A DNA stretch of 64,000 nucleotides from the NCBI GenBank assembly GCA_910579735.1, contig CAJTUZ010000013.1, positions 39,130 through 103,129 on the forward strand. Reading direction: 5' to 3'. The notes beneath the pieces were generated by a model. That model had not been told where the DNA came from. It worked only from the letters and a program-made list of their open reading frames with translations, and did not search any database. Numbering within the stretch: position 1 is the stretch's first letter; each line of letters starts with the position of its first letter. This DNA is from an uncultured Lachnospiraceae bacterium (GTDB taxonomy: Bacteria; Bacillota; Clostridia; Lachnospirales; Lachnospiraceae). This document shows, piece by piece, positions 9,436-19,282 of this stretch. Position numbers and translations under genes: made by a program.

Positions 9436-10200
9436 TCAGGACAGATATTTTTCCACCGTTCCCTGCTCCCACACCTGTTTTCCAAGCAGTGTGACAGCCC
9501 GGGCCGGACAGGTGTTGATACAGCGGTAGCACATCGTGCACCGGCCGGATGCTTTGGCAGTCTTTCCTTCCATATATAGATTTTTCATCGGACATATTTT
9601 GGTACAGGCGCTGCATCCGATACACTTCTTCGGATCAATTTTCAGCTTATCCGTATAATGCCTTGTTTTACCATAAAAATACAGACGCTGTCCAAACAGT
9701 CCCGCCATACGGCTCCAAAAGCCGAGTCCCTCCTTGGGAGGATTTCCGTTTCTCATGCGCTTTGCGGCGTCCTGCGCTTTCTTTGCCGCACTTTCGACGA
9801 GTTCTTTATTTTTCTCAGACGAACGTTTCAATACCTTCTCATCTGCAATGCTGTCAGGCATTCTGACATGCAGGCCGCCGGTGATAAATGCGCCGTACTT
9901 TCGAAGCAAACGTGCCGGGACGCCTGCACCATCGCCGCTGAACATCCCCATTGTCGCAATGACGAAAATTTTCTTTCCCTGCCATACAGTCCGGTTTTCG
10001 TCGATAAAATCCCGGAGCATCTTCGGAAGATTACTGTACTGCACCGGATAACTGATCAGAAGTTCTTCGCTTTGTCTTATTTTCTCTACAGCACAGGGAT
10101 CTTCGATGGCAAAAGTTTCATACGCATCCCCGTATTCTTTCAAAAAAGTCTCCAATATATATCTGGAATTCCCCGTACCGCTAAAATAAATACCAAGCAT
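9436..10200 (-). CDS. EFR1-family flavodoxin-ferredoxin fusion
   Basis: YFSGTGNS flavodoxin loop; CIGCSACTKICP and CTMCYRCINTCP. Confidence 0.88.
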   Translation of the reverse strand: MLGIYFSGTGNSRYILETFLKEYGDAYETFAIEDPCAVEKIRQSEELLISYPVQYSNLPKMLRDFIDENRTVWQGKKIFVIATMGMFSGDGAGVPARLLRKYGAFITGGLHVRMPDSIADEKVLKRSSEKNKELVESAAKKAQDAAKRMRNGNPPKEGLGFWSRMAGLFGQRLYFYGKTRHYTDKLKIDPKKCIGCSACTKICPMKNLYMEGKTAKASGRCTMCYRCINTCPARAVTLLGKQVWEQGTVEKYLS

Positions 10201-10221
10201 ATGTAATGTCCTCTTTCTGTT

Positions 10222-10908
10222 TTATTCTATCAACCCGCGAAGCGCCGGGAAAAGAGCGTTTTCTACTGCTTTTTTGATGACATTGCTGGAGTTTGTCGCT
10301 CCGCTCACCGCATCTACGCCAATCTCCTGCCGTTCCAGCATGTCGTCCGTAATGCGCTCCGCGTCCTCTCCCCGTTCGTTTCTATGCTCCAAAAGCGTTA
10401 TGGAGACCAGTTTACCGCCCCGGACCTCTACTTCCGCCCTCACATAGATATAGCCTGCATCGTATTCGCCTTCATAGATGCCATCCGCTATCGTTTCGAC
10501 ACGAATATCCGTAAAGACCATATCTTCGATCTTCTGCTTATAAGCACGAAAGTCCGCATAGTAAAACAAGATGTGCAAAAGCAGGCATAAAAGCATAACC
10601 ATATCCAGTATCCTGTGCCACTGCATCTTTCTGGGGGCGTCCTTTATCATATGACATAGTGCCGTCAGCAGAAACATCGAAAGGACTGCCGCCAGTCCGG
10701 AAACCATTACCGAAACATTTCTGTTTTTCAATACCGGAAAAACAAACAGGATGTGCATAAAACAACTTAAAAACAAAAGACCGCTGAATGCTTTGTGCGC
10801 CCTCATCAGCATATTGTCCGCCTTATGAAAATGCAGCCTCTTCGTAAGCGCCTTTGCAGATAAAAGCAGAAAGAAAAACAGACTGACAAAACCGAGTATA
10901 ATGCCCAT
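10222..10908 (-). CDS. Membrane protein with C-terminal FMN-binding (flavinylated) domain
   Basis: Four TM helices with His residues; DGIYEGEY; VDAVSGATNSS flavinylation motif. ATG 10908 behind AGGAG. Confidence 0.8.
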   Translation of the reverse strand: MGIILGFVSLFFFLLLSAKALTKRLHFHKADNMLMRAHKAFSGLLFLSCFMHILFVFPVLKNRNVSVMVSGLAAVLSMFLLTALCHMIKDAPRKMQWHRILDMVMLLCLLLHILFYYADFRAYKQKIEDMVFTDIRVETIADGIYEGEYDAGYIYVRAEVEVRGGKLVSITLLEHRNERGEDAERITDDMLERQEIGVDAVSGATNSSNVIKKAVENALFPALRGLIE

Positions 10909-10936
10909 AACGTATCTCCTTTTTAAATGGCATGCA

Positions 10937-11129
10937 GTAAGCATGAAAGGCCAGGGGGGCAGCAGCGGAAAAAGTTTCTGCTTCGAGGCACGCTCCCGCT
11001 CCATTAACAACGCAGCGGTACTAAGAATTTTTCCCCGCAGGCGGCTCAAAATTCAAGTGCCGGCGTTGTTAGAGGGCCTTTCAGCAGAAATCTTTTTCCG
11101 CTGCTGCCCGCCTGGCCTTTCATGCTCAC
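10937..11129. repeat. ~193-bp near-perfect palindromic element (MITE/REP-like or structured RNA)
   Basis: Arms 10937-10982 and 11083-11129 are reverse complements (2 mismatches, 1 indel); inner TAACAACGC/GCGTTGTTA and GAATTTT/AAAATTC stems. Confidence 0.85.
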
Positions 11130-11131
11130 AT

Positions 11132-11761
11132 CTAAACTACAATAGAACGGTACAGCAAATCGAATCCATAGAAAAGAAAATCCTGCCTGGACTTTTTCAT
11201 AGACTGCGCAATATATTCCTGTTTTGTGTCCGCAAGCCGGATCAGACCCGCCAACATCCCCCAGAGGGAAAAGATCGTTGGCATAACCTCGATGTCCGGA
11301 CGGATATCACCGCGGGCAATGCCGCTCTCTAAAAAATCCGCCAGCAGACCATTGATCTTTTCCCCGACCAGAAAGGTTTCTTTTTCTTCCGGCAGAAAAT
11401 GGCCGGCGGTAAAATCCACATTGATCTTTTCCAAAACCATATGAAAATAAAACGGATATTCTTCCTGATATCTTACCAAAGACAGACATATTTCCCTGTA
11501 ACATTCTGCGGTGTCTCTTTGTTTCTGCAATGCCGCCTGCATATAGTCATACAGTCTGCGCATACTCTCCAGAACAAGGAAACCGACCAGTTCCTCCTTA
11601 TTCTGAAAATACACATACAAAGTCGCCTTGCTGTAGCCTGCCGCCTCCGCAATATCGCTCATGGAAGTATTCTCGATCCCTTTTTTAAGAAATAACTGCT
11701 CGGCGGCAGTAGAGATCGTTTTCCTATGTACGCTGCGCGCTTCTTTCTTCCTTCTTGCCAT
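11132..11761 (-). CDS. TetR/AcrR-family regulator
   Basis: AAEQLFLKKGIENTSMSDIAEAAGYSKATLYVYFQNKEEL. Confidence 0.92.
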   Translation of the reverse strand: MARRKKEARSVHRKTISTAAEQLFLKKGIENTSMSDIAEAAGYSKATLYVYFQNKEELVGFLVLESMRRLYDYMQAALQKQRDTAECYREICLSLVRYQEEYPFYFHMVLEKINVDFTAGHFLPEEKETFLVGEKINGLLADFLESGIARGDIRPDIEVMPTIFSLWGMLAGLIRLADTKQEYIAQSMKKSRQDFLFYGFDLLYRSIVV

Positions 11762-11790
11762 TTACCGTTCTCCATGTAAAAATAGAAAAT

Positions 11791-11838
11791 TAATTGAACC
11801 AGTGGTTTAATTATAGGCGAAAAAATTTTTCCTGTCAA
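11791..11838 (-). promoter_or_regulatory. Consensus sigma-A promoter of tetR with overlapping operator
   Basis: TTGACA(11838-11833)-17bp-TATAAT(11815-11810); palindrome TAATTGAACCA-G-TGGTTTAATTA at 11791-11813. Confidence 0.8.
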
Positions 11839-11971
11839 TCACAAAATCACCGTTTCTTGGTAAAACAATTCTTTGGCATTTCCTTTGCGCATAATCTCTG
11901 CAAACCGGATCATGCATTTTCTCTCCCACGGAACCGGTTATTATGATATTCATATCCCGTCCGCCTCCATG

Positions 11972-12736
11972 TTAAATACAAACTTCATACGCCGTGTACG
12001 CATGACTATCATGATACCCGAGTTTTTTTGCCAATGCCGCAGACCATTTATTCTGTGCATCCCAGCTCGGATACAGGCCCCTCTTCAGACATTCCAGAAT
12101 AAGCCCTGCCCCGGCCGCAAAAGCAAGTCCCTTTCTGCGGTAATCTTCCCTTGTATCGATCTCAATCTCTATGCCGCCGATATATCCCGAATAAGAGGAC
12201 GCGCCTGAAACAATCTCGCCGTCTTTTAGAATTACTACGCCCAAACCGTATTTCTGATACTGCTCATACTCATCCCATAAAGCAGCCAGGTCTTTGCACC
12301 ATGGCAATGCTCTGCACCGGTCAAACAGCGTTTCATCTATCATTTTCATCTGATATTCGTCGGAAAGTCCCTCTGCAGCGGACTTTAAGAAATCTCTGTC
12401 AAAAATATCCCCTTCTTTCCGGAAGGCATACCTCGTTACTTTCTTTGCACGTTCCTTTTGGCATTCCTCTATGATTTCCGCCCATGCATCGTTTTGCGGC
12501 ACCATAATGATAAAATCTTTCTGACAATATGCCGGCATACACGCCGCCAGTTCCTTATCGGGTTCACCTGCCAGAAAACAGAAATCGCCGAGAACGGCCA
12601 TAGCCGCCGTCGGGTGTTCGCTATCATTTGCCAAAATGCGGCCCATGACATTCTGCAGACAGGACCAGATCATCGTCTCCGGCCAGCCGGCAAAAAGCGG
12701 TGATATATTGTCATACTTTTCTATTACATGGATCAT
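11972..12736 (-). CDS. GNAT acetyltransferase (long form)
   Basis: IEIEIDTREDYRRKGLA; LYPSWDAQNKWSAALAKKLGY. Confidence 0.85.
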   Translation of the reverse strand: MIHVIEKYDNISPLFAGWPETMIWSCLQNVMGRILANDSEHPTAAMAVLGDFCFLAGEPDKELAACMPAYCQKDFIIMVPQNDAWAEIIEECQKERAKKVTRYAFRKEGDIFDRDFLKSAAEGLSDEYQMKMIDETLFDRCRALPWCKDLAALWDEYEQYQKYGLGVVILKDGEIVSGASSYSGYIGGIEIEIDTREDYRRKGLAFAAGAGLILECLKRGLYPSWDAQNKWSAALAKKLGYHDSHAYTAYEVCI

Positions 12737-12850
12737 ATTTATTTCCCTCCGTATGATATGTTCGTTCTCAAGCTTCTGTCGATTATGAAACCGGATCTTA
12801 GAGTCATGACGTACCCGATATACACCGGTCTGACGTCTAAAGGGAACTTT

Positions 12851-15800
12851 CTAAAACCCCGTATCAACCATAAGCGTACTGCCCCCTTTTGTCTTTTTCA
12901 CCCGAATCTGCTGCGGAATGTTCTCCACAAGCTCCTCGCGGTGACTGATGATCCCCACCAGTTTACTGGTCTCCGAAAGATCCAGCAAAATATCCATAGC
13001 GCTTTCTATCGACTTTCTGTCCAATGTGCCGAACCCTTCATCGACAAAAAGCGCGTCCATCTGCACACCGCCGAAATGCGAAGAAACCGTGTCCGAAAGG
13101 CCGAGCGCCAGGCTTAACGACGCCTTAAAACTTTCGCCGCCCGACAGGCTTCCCACGGGTCTTCTGCGTCCCGTAAAATTATCCTGTACTTCCAGATTTA
13201 GAATCGTCTTACTTTTCTTGTCATTGGAATCTTCTTTTCTAAACAGTTCATACTGACCATCGCTCATAGGCAGGAGGCGTCTGTTGGCTGCGGCGATGAT
13301 CTGATCAAATCCCGCCGCCTGGATATACTGTTCGAAAGTGATCTTGGCCTTATTATTGATATCCCCCATGACCAGATTGTAAAGACGGTTACAAAGTTCG
13401 TTCTCTTTTCGGTATTTTTCTAAAGCGCTCTTTTGCCCGGCTATTTTTTTCTTTACCTCTTCGTTTATTTGTATCCGGTATGCAGTATGCGTATTCTGGT
13501 TTCTGCATTCTTCCGCCTGCACAGCCTGCGCTCTTACCTCTTCCCGGAGCGCTTCTTCATCGATTTCCTGTTTTCCTTTCGCATCCTGTTTCGCCTGCTT
13601 CAACTGTTCCGCATTCATTTTGACCGCCTGTTTATATTCGCTGACAGCCGCCTCATTTGCCGTGATCTCCTTTTCATCCGTCAAAAATGTCTGAAATGCT
13701 TCTTGGGAGTCAAATTTTTTGGTTTTCAGAATCCGTGCAAAATTTTTTCTGCTCTCTTCCGCTTTTTTGTGCCGTGTCCCCAAAGTTTCCTCTAAGGTAG
13801 CAAGCGCAGAGGAAACTGCCGTCTTTTGATTTTCCGCCTTTTGTCTGGTATTTTGTGCGGCTTCTATCGCAGTCAGTATCCTTCCTGCCTCGCGCTGCGC
13901 TTTTTTCTGCTCTTTTTGTGCGGTTTCCAAATCTGCATATTCGAGTTTTTCATACGCCTTCAATGCGGTTTTCTTTTCTGTCAAAGCCGTACGGTTCTTT
14001 TCCTTTTGGGCACGGTATTTCTCTTTCCTGTCCGTTAATTCGTCCGTTTCGTTTCCTCTGGCAGTTTCCAGATCTTTTACCGCTTTATCATGGATCTCGC
14101 ATTCTTTCTTTAACTGTTCTTCGGCCTGCTCTTTTTCTAAAATCTGTCTCTGCACTTTATCCCGTTTCGCATAAATTGCCTGAAACAGTTCCGACATTTC
14201 CCTCTCTATTCCAGATTCCGTATCTTCTAAAGATTTCCGTCCCGCCGATGACGAAGCATTCTCATCCTGATTCTGCATACATTCCAGGATCCGTGCACGC
14301 AGCTGCCTTTGGGCTGATTCTACGGTCGTCCTGGCTTTCTCGGCTTCTATCAGTGCATCGTCCTTCGCCATTTTCGCCGTTTTTTCGTCGGACTGCAGTT
14401 TCTTAAACTCTTCTTCGGACGCCGCCTGCGCGGATAATACGGCCGGCTTCGGATGATGCGTCGAACCGCAGACCGGACAGGCGCAGCCTTCCTGTAATCC
14501 CTGCGCCAGCATCCCTGCACGGCAGTTATCCAGAACCGTCTCGCAGCGGATCCGTTTCTCTTCCGCGTCGTTATATTCCTTTTGTGCTTTCAAAAAAATT
14601 TCCTGTTTCCGTACGAAATCCTCCCGTGTCTTTTCGTATGCGGGAATAAGCTGTCCGGTAATATCCTCCAGCGCACGTTTTAAGACCGACAATTCCTTTC
14701 TCCCGCTCTGCACTCCGATCAGCCTCGCCGCACAGTCTTTATGTTCTTTGATCGTCCTTTCCAGATCTTTGATTTTTTCTTTCAGCGCTTCTTCTTCCTG
14801 CTGCAGCGCATTGCCTTCTGTCTGCAGCGTTTTTTCCACTTCCGCCAATCGTACGGTCTGTGCCAAAAGCGCATCCCGCTTCTCATACTGTGCAATGTCT
14901 TCCTGCAGTTTTTCCGCTCTTTTAGCCATCTGCTCCGCCTGTGTTTTCCAGGAAAGCGCTTCCGCCAGTTTTTCTTCTGCTGCCGCAATCATCCCTCCGG
15001 CCGCTTCCGCTTCTTCTTTTTTGGCAAGAATCTGCTCCATGACCGCCTGCAGTTCCGTTTCTTCTTTGTGCAGCGCATCGAAAACAGGTTTTACGTCTCT
15101 GGCCGCCGTCTTTTGACGTTCCAGCAGAAGTTCTCTTTCTTTTATCTGTGTTTTCCCATCCTCCAGTTCTTCTTTCTCTTTCTGAAATTTCTCCAGACGG
15201 CGCAGGAAATCGTTGTTGATATGCGCATTGGCAAGCGCTCTTTTTTTCTCTTCCAGAATCTTATCCGCCTCGGCAAACTCCTTTTTCCCGGCTTTTAACG
15301 CAGCCTTGTCCGCTGTGATAACAGCTGTGAGGACATCCAGCATTTCCTCCAGATTCCAGGCGCTGCCGCTCCTTTCCGCCTTCTCCTGCAAAGACGACAG
15401 CCTCTGCTTCAGCGCATCATCCTGTGGTGCAGCTGCATCATTAAAATACTGCACAATGCTGTCTTCCGTCGCCTTTCGTCCGGCGTAACTCGCATTCTTC
15501 CGCTCACGCAGTTTATATCCCATACTTTGGTAAGCAGATGTCATAAAAATGGTTCTGAGTATTTTCGTCCGATCGTCCGTCGAAGCATTTAAGAGTTCCC
15601 AAAACTCTCCCTGCGCGATCATCGCAATCTGCTTGAACTGTTTAAAATCTATCAAAAGAAGCTCTTTTACCGCATTGTTCACTGCTGTCGTTCCTTCGAT
15701 GGGCACACCCCCGTCCGGATAAAAGCAGGCCTTTTCCTTTTCGGTGATTATCCCTTCCCCGCGCTGTTTGCGTCTGTCATACGAAGGCTGTCTGTATACA

Positions 15801-16075
15801 CGATACTTCCTCCCCTGATGGGAAAAAGAAAAATCCACATAACTCTCCGTCGATGGGTCGGCATATTCACTGCGCAGATTCCGTGCATCCCGGTATGTGC
15901 CGCTTGTCTCTCCGTATAGAGCAAAACAGATCGCATCAAAGATCGTCGTTTTACCGGCCCCGGTATCACCGGAGATCAGGAAAAGTCCTTTGCTCTCAAA
16001 CTGTTCAAAATCAATCTCCGGCATCCGGTCCGCATACGGTCCGATCGCACTCATGATCAATTTCATCGGTTTCAT
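12851..16075 (-). CDS. sbcC: SbcC/Rad50 SMC-family ATPase
   Basis: GDTGAGKTT, IAQGEF Q-loop, coiled coil with CPVC zinc hook, LSGGE, FVDEGFGTLD, IISH. Confidence 0.95.
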   Translation of the reverse strand: MKPMKLIMSAIGPYADRMPEIDFEQFESKGLFLISGDTGAGKTTIFDAICFALYGETSGTYRDARNLRSEYADPSTESYVDFSFSHQGRKYRVYRQPSYDRRKQRGEGIITEKEKACFYPDGGVPIEGTTAVNNAVKELLLIDFKQFKQIAMIAQGEFWELLNASTDDRTKILRTIFMTSAYQSMGYKLRERKNASYAGRKATEDSIVQYFNDAAAPQDDALKQRLSSLQEKAERSGSAWNLEEMLDVLTAVITADKAALKAGKKEFAEADKILEEKKRALANAHINNDFLRRLEKFQKEKEELEDGKTQIKERELLLERQKTAARDVKPVFDALHKEETELQAVMEQILAKKEEAEAAGGMIAAAEEKLAEALSWKTQAEQMAKRAEKLQEDIAQYEKRDALLAQTVRLAEVEKTLQTEGNALQQEEEALKEKIKDLERTIKEHKDCAARLIGVQSGRKELSVLKRALEDITGQLIPAYEKTREDFVRKQEIFLKAQKEYNDAEEKRIRCETVLDNCRAGMLAQGLQEGCACPVCGSTHHPKPAVLSAQAASEEEFKKLQSDEKTAKMAKDDALIEAEKARTTVESAQRQLRARILECMQNQDENASSSAGRKSLEDTESGIEREMSELFQAIYAKRDKVQRQILEKEQAEEQLKKECEIHDKAVKDLETARGNETDELTDRKEKYRAQKEKNRTALTEKKTALKAYEKLEYADLETAQKEQKKAQREAGRILTAIEAAQNTRQKAENQKTAVSSALATLEETLGTRHKKAEESRKNFARILKTKKFDSQEAFQTFLTDEKEITANEAAVSEYKQAVKMNAEQLKQAKQDAKGKQEIDEEALREEVRAQAVQAEECRNQNTHTAYRIQINEEVKKKIAGQKSALEKYRKENELCNRLYNLVMGDINNKAKITFEQYIQAAGFDQIIAAANRRLLPMSDGQYELFRKEDSNDKKSKTILNLEVQDNFTGRRRPVGSLSGGESFKASLSLALGLSDTVSSHFGGVQMDALFVDEGFGTLDRKSIESAMDILLDLSETSKLVGIISHREELVENIPQQIRVKKTKGGSTLMVDTGF

Positions 16076-17219
16076 TGATAACCCCCGCCTCCTTTGCGAC
16101 TTCCTTCATGATCCGCATCTCTTCGTCATTCATTTCACATCCGTACATCATCCTGTAAAAATCTGCGATCAGTTCAGGATATGTTTTTTCCTGTGTGATA
16201 CCGGTGATGTCCAAATGCTCCGATTCTCTCGTATGCGCGTTGTCGTAGACAATCTTCATCGTATTCGGATAATACTGGCGGAAAATCGCCATAACATCGC
16301 TTACCGGCTCTTCGTCGGTCAGCGTTGCAAAAATGTAATCATCCGGCGACGTTATATTTTTCCGGTCCAAAAGCTGCTCCAGTTTCCCTTTCAGATGCCG
16401 CATATCCCGAAGCGGCCGCAGGGTAATGAGTTCGACGCTCACTTCCCCTTTTGGTCCAAATGTTACAAACGGCGCCGTTTTATGCCTGCCTGCTTCACTG
16501 AGAGAATATTTAAGCGGCGAACCCGCATACCTGACCGTTTCCCGGCCGACTTGCTGCGGTGCATGAATATGGCCGAGTGCAGCATAATCAAAATCGTCGA
16601 AACAGTCGACGCCTACTTTTTCCACCGTTCCGACATGCAGCACCGCCGCACTCTCCGAGCCGCCAGGCGCCGGATCGCCGCTTTTTCCGGCAACAAACTG
16701 ATGCGCGGCCAGGATGTTGCGCTCCTTCGTATTCAAATCCGCATGTGACAGCGCCTCTCTGACAGCATCATCATACGACTCTATTTTGGCATCGGGATAA
16801 AAGTGTTTGACCTGAGACGCTTTTATGAACGGAAGCAGAAAGATATTGACGGGACCGTACTCGTCCTGACATGTTTTTTTATAGATATGGCCGTCGTATC
16901 TGGCTGCGATATGGATCTTATTTTTTGCAAACAGACTGCTGCCGAAATGCAGCCGTTCATCCGAATCGTGATTCCCGCTGATGATAAAAGTCTCGACATC
17001 CATGCCGGAAAGACGGCTTAGAAAGCCATCCAACAGTCTGACGGCTTCTTCACTCGGAACCGGCTTATCATAAATATCCCCGGCAAGCAGAATAGCGTCC
17101 GGGGCTTTGCTCTCAATCAGTTCAATGATCTGCTCAAGCATGTAAGCCTGATCTTCGATCATATTAAAATCGTTTACGGTCTTGCCGATGTGGAGATCGG
17201 ACAGGTGGAGTATTTTCAT
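16011..17219 (-). CDS. sbcD: SbcD/Mre11 nuclease
   Basis: HLSDLHIGK, AGDIYD, ISGNHDS, AHQF, ALGHIH, YAGSPLKYS. Confidence 0.95.
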   Translation of the reverse strand: MKILHLSDLHIGKTVNDFNMIEDQAYMLEQIIELIESKAPDAILLAGDIYDKPVPSEEAVRLLDGFLSRLSGMDVETFIISGNHDSDERLHFGSSLFAKNKIHIAARYDGHIYKKTCQDEYGPVNIFLLPFIKASQVKHFYPDAKIESYDDAVREALSHADLNTKERNILAAHQFVAGKSGDPAPGGSESAAVLHVGTVEKVGVDCFDDFDYAALGHIHAPQQVGRETVRYAGSPLKYSLSEAGRHKTAPFVTFGPKGEVSVELITLRPLRDMRHLKGKLEQLLDRKNITSPDDYIFATLTDEEPVSDVMAIFRQYYPNTMKIVYDNAHTRESEHLDITGITQEKTYPELIADFYRMMYGCEMNDEEMRIMKEVAKEAGVINETDEIDHECDRTVCGPDAGD

Positions 17220-18247
17220 GGTGATGGGTTGTCCTTTTTACATTCATATTGAAAATTGAATATATCGGGATTATAGGAAACGCAAATCTTATTTTTCATT
17301 TCCTCTATGCCGGTAAATCCGAGATTCAATTTTTTCATATTGTCTGCCAGTTTATTTTTCACTTCGCTTTTGGCACGAATCATTCTCTGCGAAGAACTTC
17401 TAATGCATCCATCTTTATAATAAACGATGAGTTTATGGTTTATTGCTGCATGCAGCCAGTCCATAATTTTTTCCCACCACATTCTGTCGGTACAGCCGAT
17501 CGACATTCCGAAAATACAGATAATATCGCTTTCATCAATCAGTTTCTTTGCATTTTCCGTTCTTCTTTGTCCGAGATTCCTGTTCAGTCTTTCTTTGATA
17601 AAAATATCCAGGAATTCTTTATTGCCCGACAAAAAGGTATTATTTACCTGTGAAGGGTCATTTACGCCCAGGATCATTTCTCTCTCCAACGTCCCGTGAA
17701 CATGTAGAACATGATTCGTCAGATGATGTTTTCTGCCGTCCTTTTCTTCAAACAACATTTCTGATCTATGTTGGCAGACCATACTGATAAACCGATCCAA
17801 TAAATCTGTATAATTAAAGGAAATAAACTGATATGCATAATCCTCTCCGATATGCCCGCGGCAAGTCTCCTCAATAAGTTCGTCGTCTATCTCCGACAGA
17901 CCGCATTTAAAATGAATTATACTTCTGGAGAATTCTTCAACTATTGCTTTTCCATTTATATACTGTGCAAACTGTGCTTCTTCCTTCTCCAGATATTCCA
18001 ACAACAGTTCGTCCAATTCCTCTTTGTCTTTATATAACTTCTCTATATCATTTACATTTAATTTTGTCAGACTTTCTCCTAACTTTGTCTCCAGATCCGC
18101 CCATAACAGGTTATCACCGCCCAGCCAGTTTCTGATCATATTATCATCCTGCGCGTTTGCCATAAAATACGGATAAAAATCCACATACCTCGTACGCAGT
18201 CCCAGATTCAGATCAAATCCGTTTCCTACTAAAAACGTGATATTCAT
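17216..18247 (-). CDS. AbiH-family abortive-infection protein (SIR2-like fold)
   Basis: FLVGNGFDLNLGLRTRYVDF, ISFNYTD, HVHG..MILGVND, IFGMSIGCTD..WW; AT-richer than sbcCD. Confidence 0.85.
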   Translation of the reverse strand: MNITFLVGNGFDLNLGLRTRYVDFYPYFMANAQDDNMIRNWLGGDNLLWADLETKLGESLTKLNVNDIEKLYKDKEELDELLLEYLEKEEAQFAQYINGKAIVEEFSRSIIHFKCGLSEIDDELIEETCRGHIGEDYAYQFISFNYTDLLDRFISMVCQHRSEMLFEEKDGRKHHLTNHVLHVHGTLEREMILGVNDPSQVNNTFLSGNKEFLDIFIKERLNRNLGQRRTENAKKLIDESDIICIFGMSIGCTDRMWWEKIMDWLHAAINHKLIVYYKDGCIRSSSQRMIRAKSEVKNKLADNMKKLNLGFTGIEEMKNKICVSYNPDIFNFQYECKKDNPSP

Positions 18248-18476
18248 TTCTCTTTTGTCCTTTCATACTTTGCTATCAGTGTATCACATCCTGTCTCATT
18301 CAGCTACTATGAATCAGCATTTTAAAACGGCGTCAAAACTGAAATTTAAAATTGGTAAAGTATCGTTATTGTATCGAGCATACGGAATGTGATAAAATAT
18401 AAAAATACCTGCGCAAGGAGGTATCAACATGCGCTTTCAGATCCCTATGATAAAAAATAAAAAAGGAGCATATACC

Positions 18477-19106
18477 ATGAAAACAAATTCCAAAATCCTA
18501 CAATTAGGCGGACTTCTTCTCGGCGCCGCGATACTTTTATCCGGCTGCGGTAAAACGACTGCCGATACCAAAACACCTGCCGCTGCAGATTCCTCTTCTG
18601 CATCGGACATCTCTGCTGCAGACACCTCATCATCCGCAGACAGCGCTTCAACTTACGGGTTTCCCGCACAGATGCCTGCTTTTACTGCGAAAGATCTGGA
18701 CGGCAGCACCGTCACGGAAAGTATTTTTGCCGACAAAGACCTGACTGTCGTAAATATCTGGGGCACCTTCTGCCCGCCCTGTATCGGGGAAATGCCGGAG
18801 CTCGGGGAATGGGCGAAAGAGATGCCGGATAACGTGCAGCTGATCGGCCTTATTTCGGATATTGCCGGTGATGAAGATATCGAGCATCACGACCTGGCCG
18901 TTGAAATTATGGATAAGGCCGACGCGGATTTTCTGCAGATCATTGCCAATCAGGATTTTATTCCGATTCTGCAATGGGTGGTCGGTGTCCCGACAACACT
19001 GTTCGTAGATAAAGAGGGGAATCTTGTGGGTGATCCGATCGTCGGCGCAGACGTTGATGGTTATAAGAAATTTGTGGAGGACTATCTGAATGACCTTTCA
19101 TCATAA
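18477..19106 (+). CDS. TlpA-family thiol-disulfide oxidoreductase lipoprotein
   Basis: Lipobox LSGC; VNIWGTFCPPCIGEMP; GVPTTLFVD. ATG 18477 behind AAGGAG. Confidence 0.88.
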   Translation: MKTNSKILQLGGLLLGAAILLSGCGKTTADTKTPAAADSSSASDISAADTSSSADSASTYGFPAQMPAFTAKDLDGSTVTESIFADKDLTVVNIWGTFCPPCIGEMPELGEWAKEMPDNVQLIGLISDIAGDEDIEHHDLAVEIMDKADADFLQIIANQDFIPILQWVVGVPTTLFVDKEGNLVGDPIVGADVDGYKKFVEDYLNDLSS

Positions 19107-19242
19107 TAAAAAAAGGATATTGCAGGTCATAACGGCAATTATCTCCTGCATTTTCATCCTGTACGGCACCGCCAGAAATGAGATCGTGATCGTACTGGAC
19201 AAGGCAGTTCATATCTGTTTGGAGTGTATCGGACTCGGATAA
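19090..19242 (+). CDS. 50-aa membrane microprotein with CxxC (CD1871A-like); absent from the ORF track
   Basis: MTFHHNKKRILQVITAIISCIFILYGTARNEIVIVLDKAVHICLECIGLG; GGAGG SD; lies between tlpA and the 4Fe-4S gene. Confidence 0.8.
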   Translation: MTFHHNKKRILQVITAIISCIFILYGTARNEIVIVLDKAVHICLECIGLG

Positions 19243-19282
19243 TGTAATACCATTTAAATTTTGCAATAAGTAGAGGCCTCTC

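Noticed and set aside
10909..11049. 47-aa N-terminal extension of the FMN-binding protein
   Set aside because: It runs through the palindrome; a strong AGGAG SD precedes ATG 10908
16011..16075. 65-nt sbcD/sbcC overlap as a special feature
   Set aside because: Most simply a lost stop codon adding a short tail to SbcD; both proteins retain all motifs
12948..16748. Long plus-strand ORFs opposite sbcC/sbcD, and similar antisense ORFs elsewhere
   Set aside because: Shadow frames of well-supported genes; Phe/Leu/Ser-rich, without SD or recognisable motifs
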